Source: Somniosus microcephalus
Taxonomy: Eukaryota
DNA length: 64,000 nucleotides
NCBI GenBank assembly: GCA_052327205.1
Contig: CM126206.1
Coordinates: forward strand, 160,828,001-160,892,000
Direction of reading: 5' to 3'
In this document: piece after piece, positions 1 to 13,281 of the stretch
Layout: the number at the start of each line of letters is the position of its first letter
Position numbering within the stretch: the stretch's first letter is position 1
The notes under the pieces: model-generated
The model's database searches: none
What the model was told of the DNA's origin: nothing
What the model saw: the letters and a program-made list of their open reading frames with translations, nothing else
Program-made: the position numbers and the translations under genes

Positions 1-545
1 TGTCAAAGGGGCCTTGGCCAGTTGCTGCAGTGCATCTTGTAGATGGTACACACTGCAGCCACAGTATGCCAGTGGTGGAGGGAGTGAATGTTTAAGGTGA
101 TGGATGGGGTGTCAATCAAGCGGGCTGCTTTGTCCTGGATGGTGTTGAGATTCTTGAGTGTTGTTGGAGCTGCACTCATCCAGGCAAGTGGAGAGTATTC
201 CATCACACTCCTGACTTGCGTCTTGTAGACGGTGGAAAGGCTTTGGGGAGTCAGGAGGTGAAACACTTGCCACAGAACACTCAGCCTCTGACCTGCTCTT
301 GTAGCCACAGTATTTATGTGGCTGGTCCAGTTAAGTTTCTGGTCAATGGTGACCACCCCAGGATGTTGATGGTGGGGGATTCAGCAATGGTAATGCTGTT
401 GAATGTCAAGGGGTAGTGATTAGACTCTCGCTTGTTGGAGATAGTTATTACCTGGCACTTTTGTGGCATGAATGTCACCTGCCACTTATCAGCTCAAGCC
501 TGAATGTCATCCAGGTCTTGCTGCATTCGGGCATGAACTGCTGTG
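1..545 (-). mobile_element. LINE fragment (CR1/L2-group), C-terminal part of the reverse transcriptase ORF, degenerate
   Basis: ORF 3..356 has the LINE post-RT pattern 'VTIDQKLNWTSHI...YKTQVRSVMEYSPLAW...IQDKAARLI'. The same sequence recurs at about 15750, 35100 and 46530. Confidence 0.85.
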
Positions 546-1449
546 TTACTACAAATGAGTTGCTCTGAGTTGACAAGAAAAGTACAAATTGTCCCATCAT
601 ACATACCTTTAGCAGTTGGACAATCTGAATCAGCATCATCCAAAATGCACCAAAAATTAAATATCAGCGAGCTTACATTCAAGCTCAGCCTTAGTACCAG
701 TATATGGTTTCCACACTATCCTCAGATCAAGCTGCCCACTTTGCCCAATTGAGAGTCAGATTCAGGACAACATCATGTGGTTACTCTTGCCCAGTGAGAA
801 CAGATTGAGTTTGTTTCATTTGTGTAACTTTCAACAGTCATCATTGCACAGAATGTTGGTCGACACACTGCACCACCCAGCACATGTGTTGTGTATTTAT
901 TTCTGTTTGGACTTCAGTGAGATAAATGCCATCGATTCTCAAATATTTCATTTTAACACACACAAGTTGCAGCAAAAGTGTGAACATAAAAATTATCCTT
1001 CCATACTTGTGGTGTCAGCCACATGACTACAGCACTGTATGTTTCAGTAATGGTTATTCTTTCTCTTGTATAGAGATTCAATTACATTAAAGAACAATGG
1101 TCAGGACTGTCCTAACTCATCCTTTATCTGGCTCCTCTCACAGTTTGCGACAGGGGGGCGATGTTTAGGATTAAGGACAGGCTATTTAATGAACGCAACT
1201 CACTTTATCATCTGAGTCCTGGTTCATGGTCAAATCTCAGCATTTTCCATCTTTAGTGCACCCTTAACCCATGTCCCTCCAACCCTTGTACCATCACTAA
1301 TCAATTCCTTTTCAAATACTTTCTTTGAGTCAGTATTGACTGTGCTGAGTGACATCTATTGCATAAGTAAATGATCCTTCAGTTCATAATAACATTTAGT
1401 TCGACCCTAGGTTTGCAGAAAGTACCTCTCTGCAAGTACCTTATCATTT

Positions 1450-1856
1450 AAGAAAGAAAAAAGAAAGAATTTGCATTTATATTGCACCTTATAGCCAATG
1501 AAGTACTTTTGAGGTGTGGTCACTGCTGTAATGCAGGAAACGCGGCAATCAATTTGCACACAGCTAGGTCCCACAACAGCAATGCGATAATGACCAGATC
1601 ATCTGTTTTTAGGTATTGGTTGAGCGATAATTGTTGGCCATGATATTGGTATAACTCCCCTGCTCTTCTTTGAATAGTGCTGTGGGATTGCTTGCGTCCT
1701 CCTGAGAGGGCAGATGGAGCCTTGGTTTAACACCTCATCTGAAAGACAGCACCTCCGACAGTGCAACACTCCCTCAGTACTGAACTGAGGTGCCACCCTA
1801 GAATATGTGCTCATCTCTGGAGTGGAGCTTGAACGCATGACCTCCTGACACAGGAA
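1450..1856 (-). mobile_element. Deu-domain-type SINE (SacSINE1-like)
   Basis: Minus strand reads TGTGCAAATTGATTGCCGCGTTTCCTGCATTACAGCAGTGACCACACCTCAAAAGTACTTCATTGGC and ends ATAAATGCAAATTCTTTCTT. Related copies occur at 7585, 8150 and 35255. Confidence 0.7.
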
Positions 1857-2252
1857 AACTTGGATTATATATTCCCTTAATCTGCTGTATTGTAACAAGA
1901 ACAGATTTTGTTTGCAAAGCCTCGTTTAATAGCTCAGTGATCCATAAACTAAAGCTATGTTTGTTTCCTTTCTCTGAATGCTGTCCATTGCATATACGGC
2001 TTGAAATTCCACTGTGCAATATTTGTAATTTATCAGTTAACAATGCTAAATATGAAGGAGTTATTGCTTAAGCCACGTTTTAGATGTCTTTTCTTCAGTA
2101 TACAAATTCTGTATATGCATAAAAGTGCTCTATTTTCTATTTTACAAAGTAATTAAGCTGTTTAAACTAAATTGGTAAATGACTTTGTTAAAGTAGCAAC
2201 CATAAAAATGTCATGCATATGCATTAAATAGTGCATTACTAATGGCACACAA

Positions 2253-4019
2253 GAGCCACGATTTCACCTACCGAGGTGGGTCTGGTGCGGCCGGGGTCGG
2301 TGGCGGGGTGCGACCCCGCTGCTGGCTCCATCCCGCTCTGTGAAATGAATTTTACAGTGATTGGGCTTGTTAAGCCCTCCCCGCACATTTGTCAGCCAAT
2401 TGAAGGAAGTGGGTCTGATGACATCAATTGATGACGCATCATCAGCCGTTTTCCTTAAAGGGACCATGCGCAAATTGATTTGGACAGTTCGGCTGTCAGT
2501 GTTCTACAGCATTGAGGTGCTGCAAACAATGACAAGCACTGCACAGAGGTGCGCGCCTGCACCCATGACCTCCCATGACTCCCTCCATATGCTTATGGAG
2601 GGAGTCACAGCATGCAGGGAGGTCCTCTTACCTTCCCATGGGTGGAAGAGACCTCCCCAGGAGACCAACGCAGCCTGGTTGCACATTGCACAGGAGGACA
2701 CAAGCAGGGATGTCATAGGAGGACCAGGCTGCAGTGGCGCAAACCTTTCAATGATCTCAGTAGATCACGAAATGTTACTGCAAAGCCATACGCAACCTCA
2801 TCCTGCTGTGCCACTCATCACATCCCCATCACTCTGCCTTCCCTACCCTACTCCTGCACACCCTTACTCACACCAACTTACCTTGCAGCTCCACCCATCC
2901 CTCTCTATCTACATTATCACTTCCCCATCTCACTAGCCACCCCTCACACTCACCCTCATCCTAGTCCAATCATACCAAGTAACGACACACAATGGTAGGC
3001 GCTTGGGTGATTTAGCCAAAGTTCAAGTGAAGTTTCTGTTAATCTGCTGTCAAACATTGAAATCTTTATTTTCAAAACTTTGCTTTCTTGGGCAGATTTG
3101 TGTGCACTTTTGGAAGTGGCTTAGTGAGTTTCAGTGAATGGTGAGACATCAGGGTGCCACCCGCAATGGTGATGAGTGTGAAAGGAATGGCTTGGGCATT
3201 GTAGGGATGCTTTATGGTGTTGTTGTGGGGTGGTGCCAACCTGGCACATCATGTGGCAGCCAGGGTGTACAGCATCAAGTGAAGTAAATCTGGCCATGGT
3301 GAGGCCATCCCTAGCCTCCCGGGCAGCAATGTGGTCTGCTGCTGATGCCCTGTGTCCTGTGCAGCATCAGCTGAATCCAGAGAAGGTTGGTGTTGTTGGT
3401 GCTGCTGGTGTGCCCGGTGCTGCTGGTGTTGGGGCTGATTGTGGTGGGATTCTGAGGACCAAGGTGAGATTTTTTCAAGGGCACCAATGCTGATGTAATA
3501 GATGGCAGGTGAAGTTGAGATGACAGAAGCGATCTATCAATGGTGAGAGAGGTTGTTCCAATGAGGTGACACTGGTTAGAGAGTTTACTCCAAACACTTG
3601 AGGCCTGCTTAAAGCTCTTCCAAATGCAGTAATCAACAGCTTCTAACCTTGGAAAGTGAACATCTATGAAATAGGATCTTTTATACACCATTTATCAAGT
3701 AAAGAAATCATCCCATGCTGACACAGCACCCAACCTCCTTACCTGACATGATTCCCAAGCAGCAGGGAAGCCGTTGGCAAACTCTTAAAACCTAAAGGTG
3801 AGCTGAAAATACTATTTAAGTGCCTCGTAACAATCTCTTAATGATCTAAATTGCCTCCCCAGGCGCTTGGTGCCGGGTCTGTTCAGCGATGACAGACCCG
3901 ACATCTGGGAGACTAGGCGGCGGGTTGACAGCGGGTTCCCTACCCGCTGTCAAAAAACATTTTTTCCCACCCGACCCGTCACCAAACATGGCCGCTGACC
4001 CCCCGAAAAAATTCCCTCC
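2253..4019. mobile_element. Non-autonomous PIF/Harbinger element (copy D) with a Myb/SANT-like exon on + (about 2530-2770) and a transposase 5' stub on -
   Basis: Encodes 'LMEGVTACREVLLPSHGWKRPPQETNAAWLHIAQE' plus 'WRKPFNDL' in an adjacent frame. The interior is an inverted homolog of 52900-54130. The terminal inverted repeats (TIRs) are degenerate, so the ends are approximate. Confidence 0.7.
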
Positions 4020-4454
4020 AACTGGTTTTAACCCCAGTATAATAACCAAAACTTGGCAAAAAAATCTCCAGGTTTATGGTAAGTCATTGCACTAGTGCTT
4101 TATACAGTTTCATTCCTTCATCATTCAAACTTACTTATAAACTCCCACATTTTATCCAACTTTGCAACTTCCACTATGATAAGACTTTCAATGTCTGATC
4201 AACTAGTACATATGGATCCTTGACACCTTATTTAATTGCGTTACCTTTATTTTGAATGATATTTACCATTTTTAGTACAGCATGAGTTACCTTGTATGTT
4301 TCAGTACTATATTCCTTTTTGTGATTTACCTGCTCAGTTGGCACTCTGTGCATCTTCCTCCCTTTCTTCCTAACACCCTCCTTTCCTATACAACTTGTTT
4401 TATTTGTGAACTTAAACCATCAAATTTTAGTGCCTTCATAATATTTATAAGTGA

Positions 4455-5400
4455 GCAGGATGAACAGCAGAGGTCCAAGAGCTGGTCCTTGACATACATT
4501 GTCACTGGTCACAGCAGTCCAAGTAAACCTACCTTGCATTGATCAGTACTTTTTGCTAATTTGTACTCCAATTTATGCCATCCTCTGTTATCAAAAAAGC
4601 TTTAGTTTTAACCGCAACTCTCTTGTCAGTCTCGTCACCTTTCTCTGAAAAATCAAGATACATAACATCAACCACATTACCGCCATTCACCAATGCTGTT
4701 ACATGCTCAAAGAATTTCGATAGATTTGTTCGGCATGACTCGTCTTTTATAAACCCATGCTGGCCTGGAATTATTGCCTTTGTTTTTGTTAAATGATGTT
4801 GAATTACTTCCTTTATAAAAGACTCCAATGCTTTTCTTACTATAGATGTCAAGTTAATAGCCTATAATTCCTGGATCATATTTCTGACGTTTTCAAAAAT
4901 TGGAACAACATTATCTGTTTTCCCGTGTTCTGTACTTACTGCTGTATTTAATGAGCTGTAAAAAATTTCAGCCACAGCTCCCCCTATTCCTACCCTCATT
5001 TCCTTAAGTACTCTTGGACGCATTCCATCTGGTCCTGTTTCCTTATGAATATTCAAGTTCCGTATTATTTCATTAGTAATCTCTATTTTCTCCATGAGCT
5101 AGGATGCATCTTCTATGAATCCAACTACCAGAAAAAACATACTACCATTTCCTGTAATGAAAATTGTCTCATAAGTTTGTTCAAAATTTCTGTCATTTAA
5201 TTTTCCTTCCCATTATTTCTTTTCTGTTTCCCTTACAAACAAACTTTTAAAAGATCTCTCTTTTAATTCTTCTGAATATATCTTAAGATTTCTCTTCCAA
5301 GCTTTTGCTTTTCTTTCCACATTATTGTTATAGCAATGTTTAATTTTTTTCCCAGTTTAAATTATGTTTTCCCTTGAAACTATTTTAATCTTCCCTATTT
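4455..5400 (-). mobile_element. Old CR1 LINE fragment (RT N-terminal region)
   Basis: ORF pieces 'GPDGMRPRVLKE', 'NVVPIF' and 'GQHGFIKDESCRTNL...VDVMYLDFS' are CR1 RT motifs, broken by stops and frameshifts. Confidence 0.8.
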
Positions 5401-5520
5401 AACCATTTAAGTCTGGATATTGATACGTTAATACAGACTGTATTTCATATTTAATTTGCATCATCTTTTTCTTCTGATCACGAAGGTGAAGGATGTTCGT
5501 GCTGAGGATTAAAGCACTTT

Positions 5521-6561
5521 GGCCAAGAGTTTCCGCTCTGGGTACAATCGGCAATCTGGGCACAAACTACGCTAGTTTTCAGAAGTGTTTTTTAAAATCA
5601 AGTTTCCACTCAAACTCATTTGCATATTGCTAAATGTAAAATCTTTCATGAACATAAGAATATAAGACATAGGAGCTGGAGTAGGCCGTACGACCCCTCG
5701 AGCCTGCTCCGCTATTCAATAGGATCATGGCTGACCTTTGACCTCAACTCCACTTTCCTGCCCAATCCCCATATCCCTTGATTCCCTTAGAGTCCAAAAA
5801 TCTATTGATCTCAGCCTTGAATATACTCAATGACTGAATATCTACAGCCCTCCAGGGTAGAGAATTCCAAATATTCACAACCCTCTGAGTGAAGAAATTT
5901 CTCCTGAGGCCATGCCCCCTTGTTCTCCAACCAGGGGAAACAGCCTCTACCCTGTCAATCCCCCTCAGAATCTTATATGTTTCAATGAGATCACCTCTGA
6001 TGACCCAGTGCAATTGGGCAGCAATTTGGAATGTAATTTAAAAAAAAATTGCATTAAAATATATTCTGTGAAATATTTAGGAGTGGTAACCTGATGCAGC
6101 TTTATTAAATCACCTGAATATTGATTTATTACAAAAAGTAAGCATTTTTAATCAGAGTGTCTAATTCCCCACCTGTGAGTAACCTGATTTTAAATAATTG
6201 AAAATGACTTTAAAAAAACTATACAGAATCATTTGCTAGCTACATTGGTGTGCAGCAGTCAGTTTCTTACTAAATTAAAAAAATTATATTTAAAAGCTTT
6301 TAAAACGTGACTATTAGTGTCCTTGCGCCTAAAGAAAAGCTTAATTTTAAGAGCCTCTTCGAAGGCCCACAAACGGGAAAATCATCACGTCATTTGATCT
6401 GGGGGCATGGCCAGGTTTATGGGCAGGGCCGGCTTCCAGCGCAATGTTTTTTAAACTGGTGAAAAAGGTCGCGGAAATTCGATTTGTGTTGGACATAATT
6501 TGTGCTTGAAATTCCTCAAACTTTTGTGCTGGTTTGGCCAATTTTGGGCAAACTGCAGGCC
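5521..6561. mobile_element. Harbinger-type MITE, interrupted by a CR1 3' end
   Basis: Starts GGCCAAGAGTTTCCGC and ends GGGCAAACTGCAGGCC (imperfect TIR), with TTT on both sides. Confidence 0.5.
5648..6000 (-). mobile_element. CR1 LINE 3' end
   Basis: 'RGDLIETYKILRGIDRVE...RNFFTQRVVNIWNSLP...FKAEINRFL' followed by a 3' UTR and a (TTCTTATG)-like tail. Confidence 0.88.
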
Positions 6562-6574
6562 TTTGTATATTATT

Positions 6575-6950
6575 TAAATATTCAGTATCAAATACTCTGG
6601 GGTCAGGTATAGCACAGGTTGGATGCAGAATAAAGCACCCCCATTCTGTCCCAGCAATATGCCTTATCCCCAATCTTAGCAAAGCACCCTCTACTGCACC
6701 CATGTGGCATCACTATTTCACATATCAGCCAACCCTGTTGCCTCTCTGACTGAGATTTTCAAATGAGGAAGTTATCGTTTGCTGTGGGCACATCTACTCA
6801 GAACTGATTGACTCTGCCAAAGCTATCTTCCCACAGGACCCTGACAAAGAGCAGAGAGAAAAGGCTATTACTACATTAATCTGAGTTGATTTCAAAACCA
6901 GGACCCAGAGGTGAAAGATCAGAATTTTAATCCATTGCACCAGCCACCCT
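6575..6950 (-). mobile_element. Ancient LF-SINE-like tRNA-derived SINE
   Basis: Minus strand has CTTTCACCTCTGGGTCCTGGTTTTGAAATC, TCTCAGTCAGAGAGGC, AAGGCATATTG and TGTGCTATACCTG, in the order I recall for LF-SINE. Confidence 0.55.
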
Positions 6951-7209
6951 CTCCAAAATATCCTAAAAGCATTCCATTTCTCCACATTAGTACTTTTCCT
7001 CAATTTTTCCCTCCCTATTTCAACACTCATATCTGTAAAATGTGGCATATTCATTTTACTACCTCTTACTACAACATCAAGTCTAAATTTCTCCATCAAG
7101 TTTGTTGACTCGTAGATCAAGTATGGTCTCTTTCTCAGTCCTCATTGTAACATTCTCCGTGAAGAAGCAGTCTTGTAGTAATTTCATGTTCTCACCGCTG
7201 TGCTTTAGC

Positions 7210-7540
7210 AACTGAGGAATTCCCAGAAAGGAAATAGCCAGCAACCACTCACACAGCAATGCACCCCTACAGGCTCAGTCTGAGGTTTTCCCACAACAGT
7301 CATTCTTATGACCTCTGTAGAATGAAATAAGTAATCTATTTAATCTGTGGTGAACTGTAAGCCTTTTTGTGCTGTACTCAGGTTTACTGGGAACTGGGTT
7401 AAGGCCGATAAAACTAATTTCATGTAGGGTCTTCACACTTGGCAGAGAAAAAATACTTCCATGCCATCAGTATGCAGTGGATGCAAATGCAGGTCACAGA
7501 AGTAAAAGGACAGTGTGCTAACTCATTGTGCTACCCAGTC
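7210..7540 (-). mobile_element. Second LF-SINE-like SINE remnant
   Basis: tRNA-like head GACTGGGTAGCACAATGAGTTAGCACACTG, followed by CCTACATGAAATTAGTT...CCAGTTCCCAGT...CACAAAA. Confidence 0.45.
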
Positions 7541-7584
7541 TTTTCACCACCTTTTGTATGGTATCAGACAGAAATAATAAGAAG

Positions 7585-7975
7585 GAAGAACTTGCATTTA
7601 TATAGCACCTTTAACATCCTCAGAATATCCTAAAGAGCTTCACAGCCAATGAAGCACTTTTCAAGTGTGGTTACTGTTGTTACGTGGCAGTTAACTTGTA
7701 CACAGAAAGGACCCACAGACAGCATCGGAGATAAAATAACTAGTCAATCTGTGTTTTGTACTGTTTGGATAAATGTTGGTCAGGACATCTTCTTCTAATA
7801 TTGCCAAGGGATCTTTTTCTCCCACCGGAGCAGGAGTTTGTGGCCTCAGTTTAACACCTCATGTAAAAGATGGACCTTCAATAATGCAGCGCTCTCTCAG
7901 AGCTACATTAAGGTCCATAGTGGAACTTAAACCCATAACTTGTGATTCAGAGATGAGAGTGCTATCACTAAGCCA
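7585..7975 (-). mobile_element. Deu-domain-type SINE
   Basis: Homologous to 1450-1856 (TTGCATTTATATAGCACCTT...AGCCAATGAAG...). Confidence 0.65.
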
Positions 7976-8149
7976 ATCACCTTTGTTGATAGGTCACATC
8001 ACCATTCCCATACACTCAGTGGGGAGCTATGCTCAAAGGGAGCATGGGTTGGAGTTAGACTACAACACTGCAATCTCAGTTCTTAAACTTGTGGTTGCTT
8101 TGAATGTGGTTCTTTGCTGGGACTAAGGGATTGATGGTTTTACTCTCTA

Positions 8150-8590
8150 TTGTCAGGTTGACTCAATGGATACCACTATTGCATCAGAGTCAAAAGGTTG
8201 TGAGTTCAAACTCTACTCTACTTCAACACGTAATCTGGGCTTTTACTTCAGTGCAGTACTGTTGGAGGAATGCATTGTCAGAAGTGCAGTTTTTCAGATG
8301 AGATGTTAAACCAACATCCTGTCCGCCTGGTCTAATGGTTCAGGTGATGTAAAAGATTTGATGGTACTATTTCAAGAAAAGTTGGTATCTCTCATTTTTC
8401 CCTGGCCAGCATTACTTCCTTTACCAAGAAAAGATACTCATCATTCATGTCATTCATGTTTTGTGGAAATTGACGACTGCATTTGCCTACATAACAACAC
8501 AAACTGTTCAAAAAGTAATTCATTGCAGGTGAACTACTTTGTGATATCTTGCGGACATGATGATGTGCTATATAAATACAAGTTCTTCAT
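8150..8590 (+). mobile_element. Deu-domain-type SINE, opposite orientation
   Basis: tRNA-like head (GGTTGTGAGTTCAAACTC) and the tail GTGCTATATAAATACAAGTTCTT. Confidence 0.6.
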
Positions 8591-9334
8591 TTTTAAAGGA
8601 GCTATAGACCAAATGCTCCCAGTACTGTACATAGATAGAAATAATAATGTTTGCTTAGCAGTAATATCCAGATAAAAGGAACATTTTATTCAATAGTAAA
8701 ATCTAGATAAAAGGAATCGTTATTCTCATTAACTCCAGGAACATTTGATTTCATCTATGAGGATGTGCAGTATGTAGCATTTGAAAGCCATCAGGCAAAT
8801 AATCTTTCTTTGTATTTACTGTCTATGAGGCCACTACCTCCTGTGTGCACACTGTTTTAATGTACCCATTAACACATTCGCATAAGTTACTATCTGTGCT
8901 ATTTTAATACAAATGTTACAGGTTAACGTCTGTGTTAAAGTAGTGCAGACAGCAATTTATGCCAACCAGTCAATAATGTGCTAAAAATAGCTCACAGAGG
9001 AAATTAAACCCATATGCGAACAAATTGTGAAATATGAATCTTCAATCAAATTTCACCAAGATAAAGCCAACGAACCATATGACTTGTCTATGAACCCTCC
9101 CTCACAAAACTAATTAATCAAAACACAGATTTCTTTGGTGTGTTTCATGCTGTTATAGTGTACATTAAATAAATGAATCCACACAGTACTTAAGTCCCCA
9201 TGCAGTGTACAAAGGTTTTCCAGACACATATATCAATAAACATCAATTGTAACCATATGTTGGTGTAATTTGGATTAGTTTATTTCTTTCATATATATAC
9301 ATAATAAATACTCAAACAGGCTAGATGTTATCCC

Positions 9335-9750
9335 AATGGCTCAGCGAGTTTATCTAGTGAATAAACTGAGCCATAAAGATCAGGAAGATTCAAGGTTTGA
9401 TCCCAGTCTGTGCTGCTTTAGCTGATCTCAGCCAGGGTAGCAGAAGGCATGCTACAATTGGCCTTAGAGCAGTTGGGATAGGCAGCGGAAAATTGGCCAG
9501 GGACTCCACTCCTGATTGCTATTTACAGCCCCCCACTGGAAGTGTGCATATGTAAACGACAGGTGAGTATAGGACCAAGCTTGGCTGTGATTACCCTCAC
9601 GGTTGACAGCCTGTTGATACTTATTGTAAAGGCTCCTGCATCAATAATGGCTGCTTGGACAAAGGACTGAAATAGAGCCAGCAACTGGAAAACCATACCC
9701 CCATAATCAGCCTATGACTTTAGGAGAGGAGGGAGGAAGAGAAAAATAAA
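9335..9750 (+). mobile_element. Old tRNA-derived SINE (family unassigned)
   Basis: TGGCTCAG ... GGTTTGATCCCAGTCTGTGCTG. A diverged second copy lies at about 43335-43740. Confidence 0.55.
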
Positions 9751-10192
9751 TAAACTAATAAATAGAATGTATATGCTGGGCATTCCATGCTTGCAATTGA
9801 ATAAAATTTGAAAATATGAATTTTAAATCCTGTTCCACCCAGATAATGGTAGCAAGACAAATGCCTTGTTTGTGAATACACCTCACAAGAAACAATTCTT
9901 TATTAAGAGGTAAAGTTATAGGTAGATAGCTAGTAGCAGTCACCAAGTATTAATTCAGTGACTCAGTTCTGGTAATCATGCTGGGGGAATGCATGATGGC
10001 ATTATTATGTTTCAGTATTCAGATGCTGCACCACAGATAGGATGTCACATTATATTGTGCCATGGATGGAATGTGAGTTTGCAAGCTGAGTTTCCAATGA
10101 ATGTCACTCAAATCCTGAGACTGAATTATTGTGTTAAGCTGCTATGCATTTGTTACCGTGTATAACATAGGTTTTGCTTCTGTTCTTTGCAG

Positions 10193-10212
10193 ATATGTTG
10201 AACATGGTAGAG
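10193..10212 (+). other. Candidate 20-nt host exon (could read D-M-L-N-M-V-E)
   Basis: Polypyrimidine tract and acceptor GTTTTGCTTCTGTTCTTTGCAG, then ATATGTTGAACATGGTAGAG, then donor GTATGA, all in non-repetitive DNA. Confidence 0.35.
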
Positions 10213-11151
10213 GTATGACCAAAGTAAAATGATAAAAAAGGTAGTAATGTAGAAGTAGAAGTTATATAGTTTCAAATGCCACGAATAATATTGTTTTCAA
10301 ACTGAATGCATGAAAATTTACCTTATATTTTTTAAGGCTTACCAGATATCCATTTTAAATGCCATGCATAGACCCTAACAAAAGAATAAAATATGCAAAA
10401 AATGAAAACAAAACTAAATACTGTCACACTCTGAAAAATTCTGAAAGACTGCATTTTTTTTTGCAGTGATGCAACATTACTACCGCAGGCCTTGATAGAT
10501 CATGAGCTGTCTCCACACCAGATTTAAGTGACAAAGAGCATGTGTGGGGGGAGGGGAGGGGGGTCGAGGTGGCAGGTTCAACTAGTCTCTCTTCAACTCA
10601 TATATCATTGGAAAATCCCAAACTGCACTGCCATTCTTCTCCGCAGTTGTGTTATTCAGCTTGGATGCTCTCCATCAATCTGAAGCCAACTGATATATCT
10701 GACACTTCCTGATATCAGGAAAAAAACCATCTGTCTACAAAAAAAATCTGAACTTTTAGTGCTTGTTTATATTAGTCTGTAATCAAAACATATGAAAGAT
10801 GTCTGTCCTTATAATTCTAATTGAAAGGTAATGCAGCCTGTGATGTACACCAATAAACATTTTAAACTGAAGTTGGTGGAAGGTACACAGTGTTCAGTGT
10901 ACATTAGAATAGATCATTACAATATTCTTTGAAATACAGCTTTTATTTTAACTTTTGTAGGATTCTTTGATGTAAAAATGCAAAGTGTAAACTTCTTGGC
11001 CTGGGATTTTCCCCGTGGGCGCAACTCAGAAGTTCGACCCGAAAATGCACCCATTCCCACACCCATTCTGTCAATGTCATGTTACACGCAAATTTCCTGC
11101 ACATCTCATTGAAATATACCCAGGCATAAAATGGGCAAAAATCATGTAAAC

Positions 11152-11410
11152 AATCATAGAATCACACAGCACAGAGGAAGGCTATTCGCCCCATCATGCC
11201 TGTGCCGGCTCTTTGAAAGAGCTATCCAATTAGTCCCACTTCCCTGCTCTTTCTCCATAGCACTGCAACTTTTTATTTTTCAGGTATACATCCAATTCTC
11301 TTTTGAAAGTTACTATGAATCTGCTTCCACCACCCTTTCAGGCAGTGCATTCCAGATCACAACAGCTCACTGCGTAAAAAAAATTTCTCCTCATCGTCCC
11401 TCTGGTTTTG
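11152..11410 (-). mobile_element. CR1-type LINE 3' end
   Basis: The + strand starts ATCATAGAATCACACAGCACAGAGGAAGGC. The minus strand has a 'FFTQ..V..WNALP' remnant. Confidence 0.7.
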
Positions 11411-13281
11411 AAGAAAGGACTATCAGAAAATGGTCTCCCATCCAGAATGCTGAACCAGACAATTGAAAGTGATCAGCAACTTCTTTGTAGCAGCACTTGA
11501 AAAGACTTTTGGCTAGAGATGTGTTAGGTTGTCAAGTGGCTAAATATTGTTTTAATACAGAGCCTTACAGTACTGCTGGCCACTGAAGGGCTACACTTGC
11601 TTTGATATAAGGAAACAAAAACAGTCAATGGGAAAACACTGTACAGAAAACTGTTGAACACGTCTGTTATGGATAATGTTTAGGTCACCATCTGCTGCAG
11701 TCAATACAAAGCAGTTAATTAGAGACATCTTTCCATATGCACATTAGGCTGTAGCACTGTTAATACTTGAGTATAAGTGTTACAGTTATTGGCAGGTCTG
11801 ACCACACAACCAAAACCCTACATATGTGGTGATTTTGGCTGTACCTGGGTGTTGTTTGTTAGCTTGTGTTAATATTTGTGCAACCAGAGATCCTTACGAT
11901 CCCTATCTAAGTTCTTATATGCAAATCTTAACTCATAGTCCTAATCTCTGTGTCTGAAGACATACTCTACCATCGTGAACAGTGAGTTTGCTGTTACATT
12001 AAGTTTACCATTTTCAGTCCTGCTCTAATTTTCTTAATATTTCACATGTCCCAGTACAAAATGCAGATGTAAATGAACCTACAGGTGCTTTCGAAAGCAA
12101 TGGTGTTCTATAGAAAAGACCAAACTTGTACTTTCTCAAAAGCAGGCATAGGTGAAATGATTCCGGCCAGTAATTTCCCATATGTTAGTGGTTGTACTTT
12201 GTGGATTGTTAAAATTTCCAATTTTGTCTCAATAGTGATGTAAGAGTGACCCTTTGCCAAGATGTGAGCTAATGACCATAGAGTGCCTTTGCTAAAGTGT
12301 ATCCATTATATAACCTTTTGGTTTTGTATATAAGGCAGTTATTTAATGCAGTTCACAATCCAAGATGACTAAAATTGTAGGAGTGCAGCGATTATATATT
12401 ATAAATCTTGATTGGCTTAACGTTGAGTTTGCTTCTGATCTGCATTGTGATTATGCACCAGCTGGCACTGAAAGACTGAATGCATCAGAAACTAAGCTTG
12501 TTGCTGAGTATCTGCTAGTGTGTTGCTAGGAAGTGGTGGTGAGTAACTGGAAAGTGGTCCTCTATTGGGTCAATCATCTTTCTAATGATACAAAGGACAG
12601 ACATCCTTCAAAAACTGATCTTCAAATGTGCATTCTTAGAACAAACAAAGACAATGATTATCAGTCTACTATTTAAAGCTTTAAAAGAGCTTTATTCTTT
12701 TATTCACTAAAATTTTAGCTACTTAGGGGTTAATTTTCTGATGCACAGGAGTTAAAAGATTTTTAGTGGTAAATGAAATGCTAACTAGGACACAAGAACA
12801 CTTAGGCTTAGAAATTGTAAGTGTTAGCAATGGCCATTAAGACCCGTTTTGGGAAAAAAGATGGCGGCCGCCTCACTTCTGCCCGCTGCCAGCGGGTCCT
12901 GCGGCGGCCGCCATTTTCGGCCGGGTCGGCAGCGCTGCCAATGTTTGTGCTCACTGGGGAAATGTAAGTCAGTAAGTGTGCAATGCTTACCTGACACCCA
13001 ATCTGCCATTTTTGCATTCGTGGCTCCAATTACCGGCCTGTGTTAATCGCGACCAGCTGACCAAGCGTTCACAAGCAGGAAGGAGCCTCCAGCAACGTTA
13101 TTTAAAGGGATCATCAGCAACAACTTGCAGCTGACATGCTTTTTCAATTTGACTGGCTCTGTATAACTTTCTGCAACTCTTGCAGCTTTCTAAAGTTGTT
13201 TCAAGTTCCTAAGGTGACAGGGAGTGTTGGTGCAAGTGGAGAGCACCTTCATTTTCACTTAAAGGCTTCTGCTCACAACAC

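Noticed and set aside
598-690. Minus-strand AAG|GTATGT donor after a short open frame
   Set aside because: No convincing acceptor and no recognisable product.
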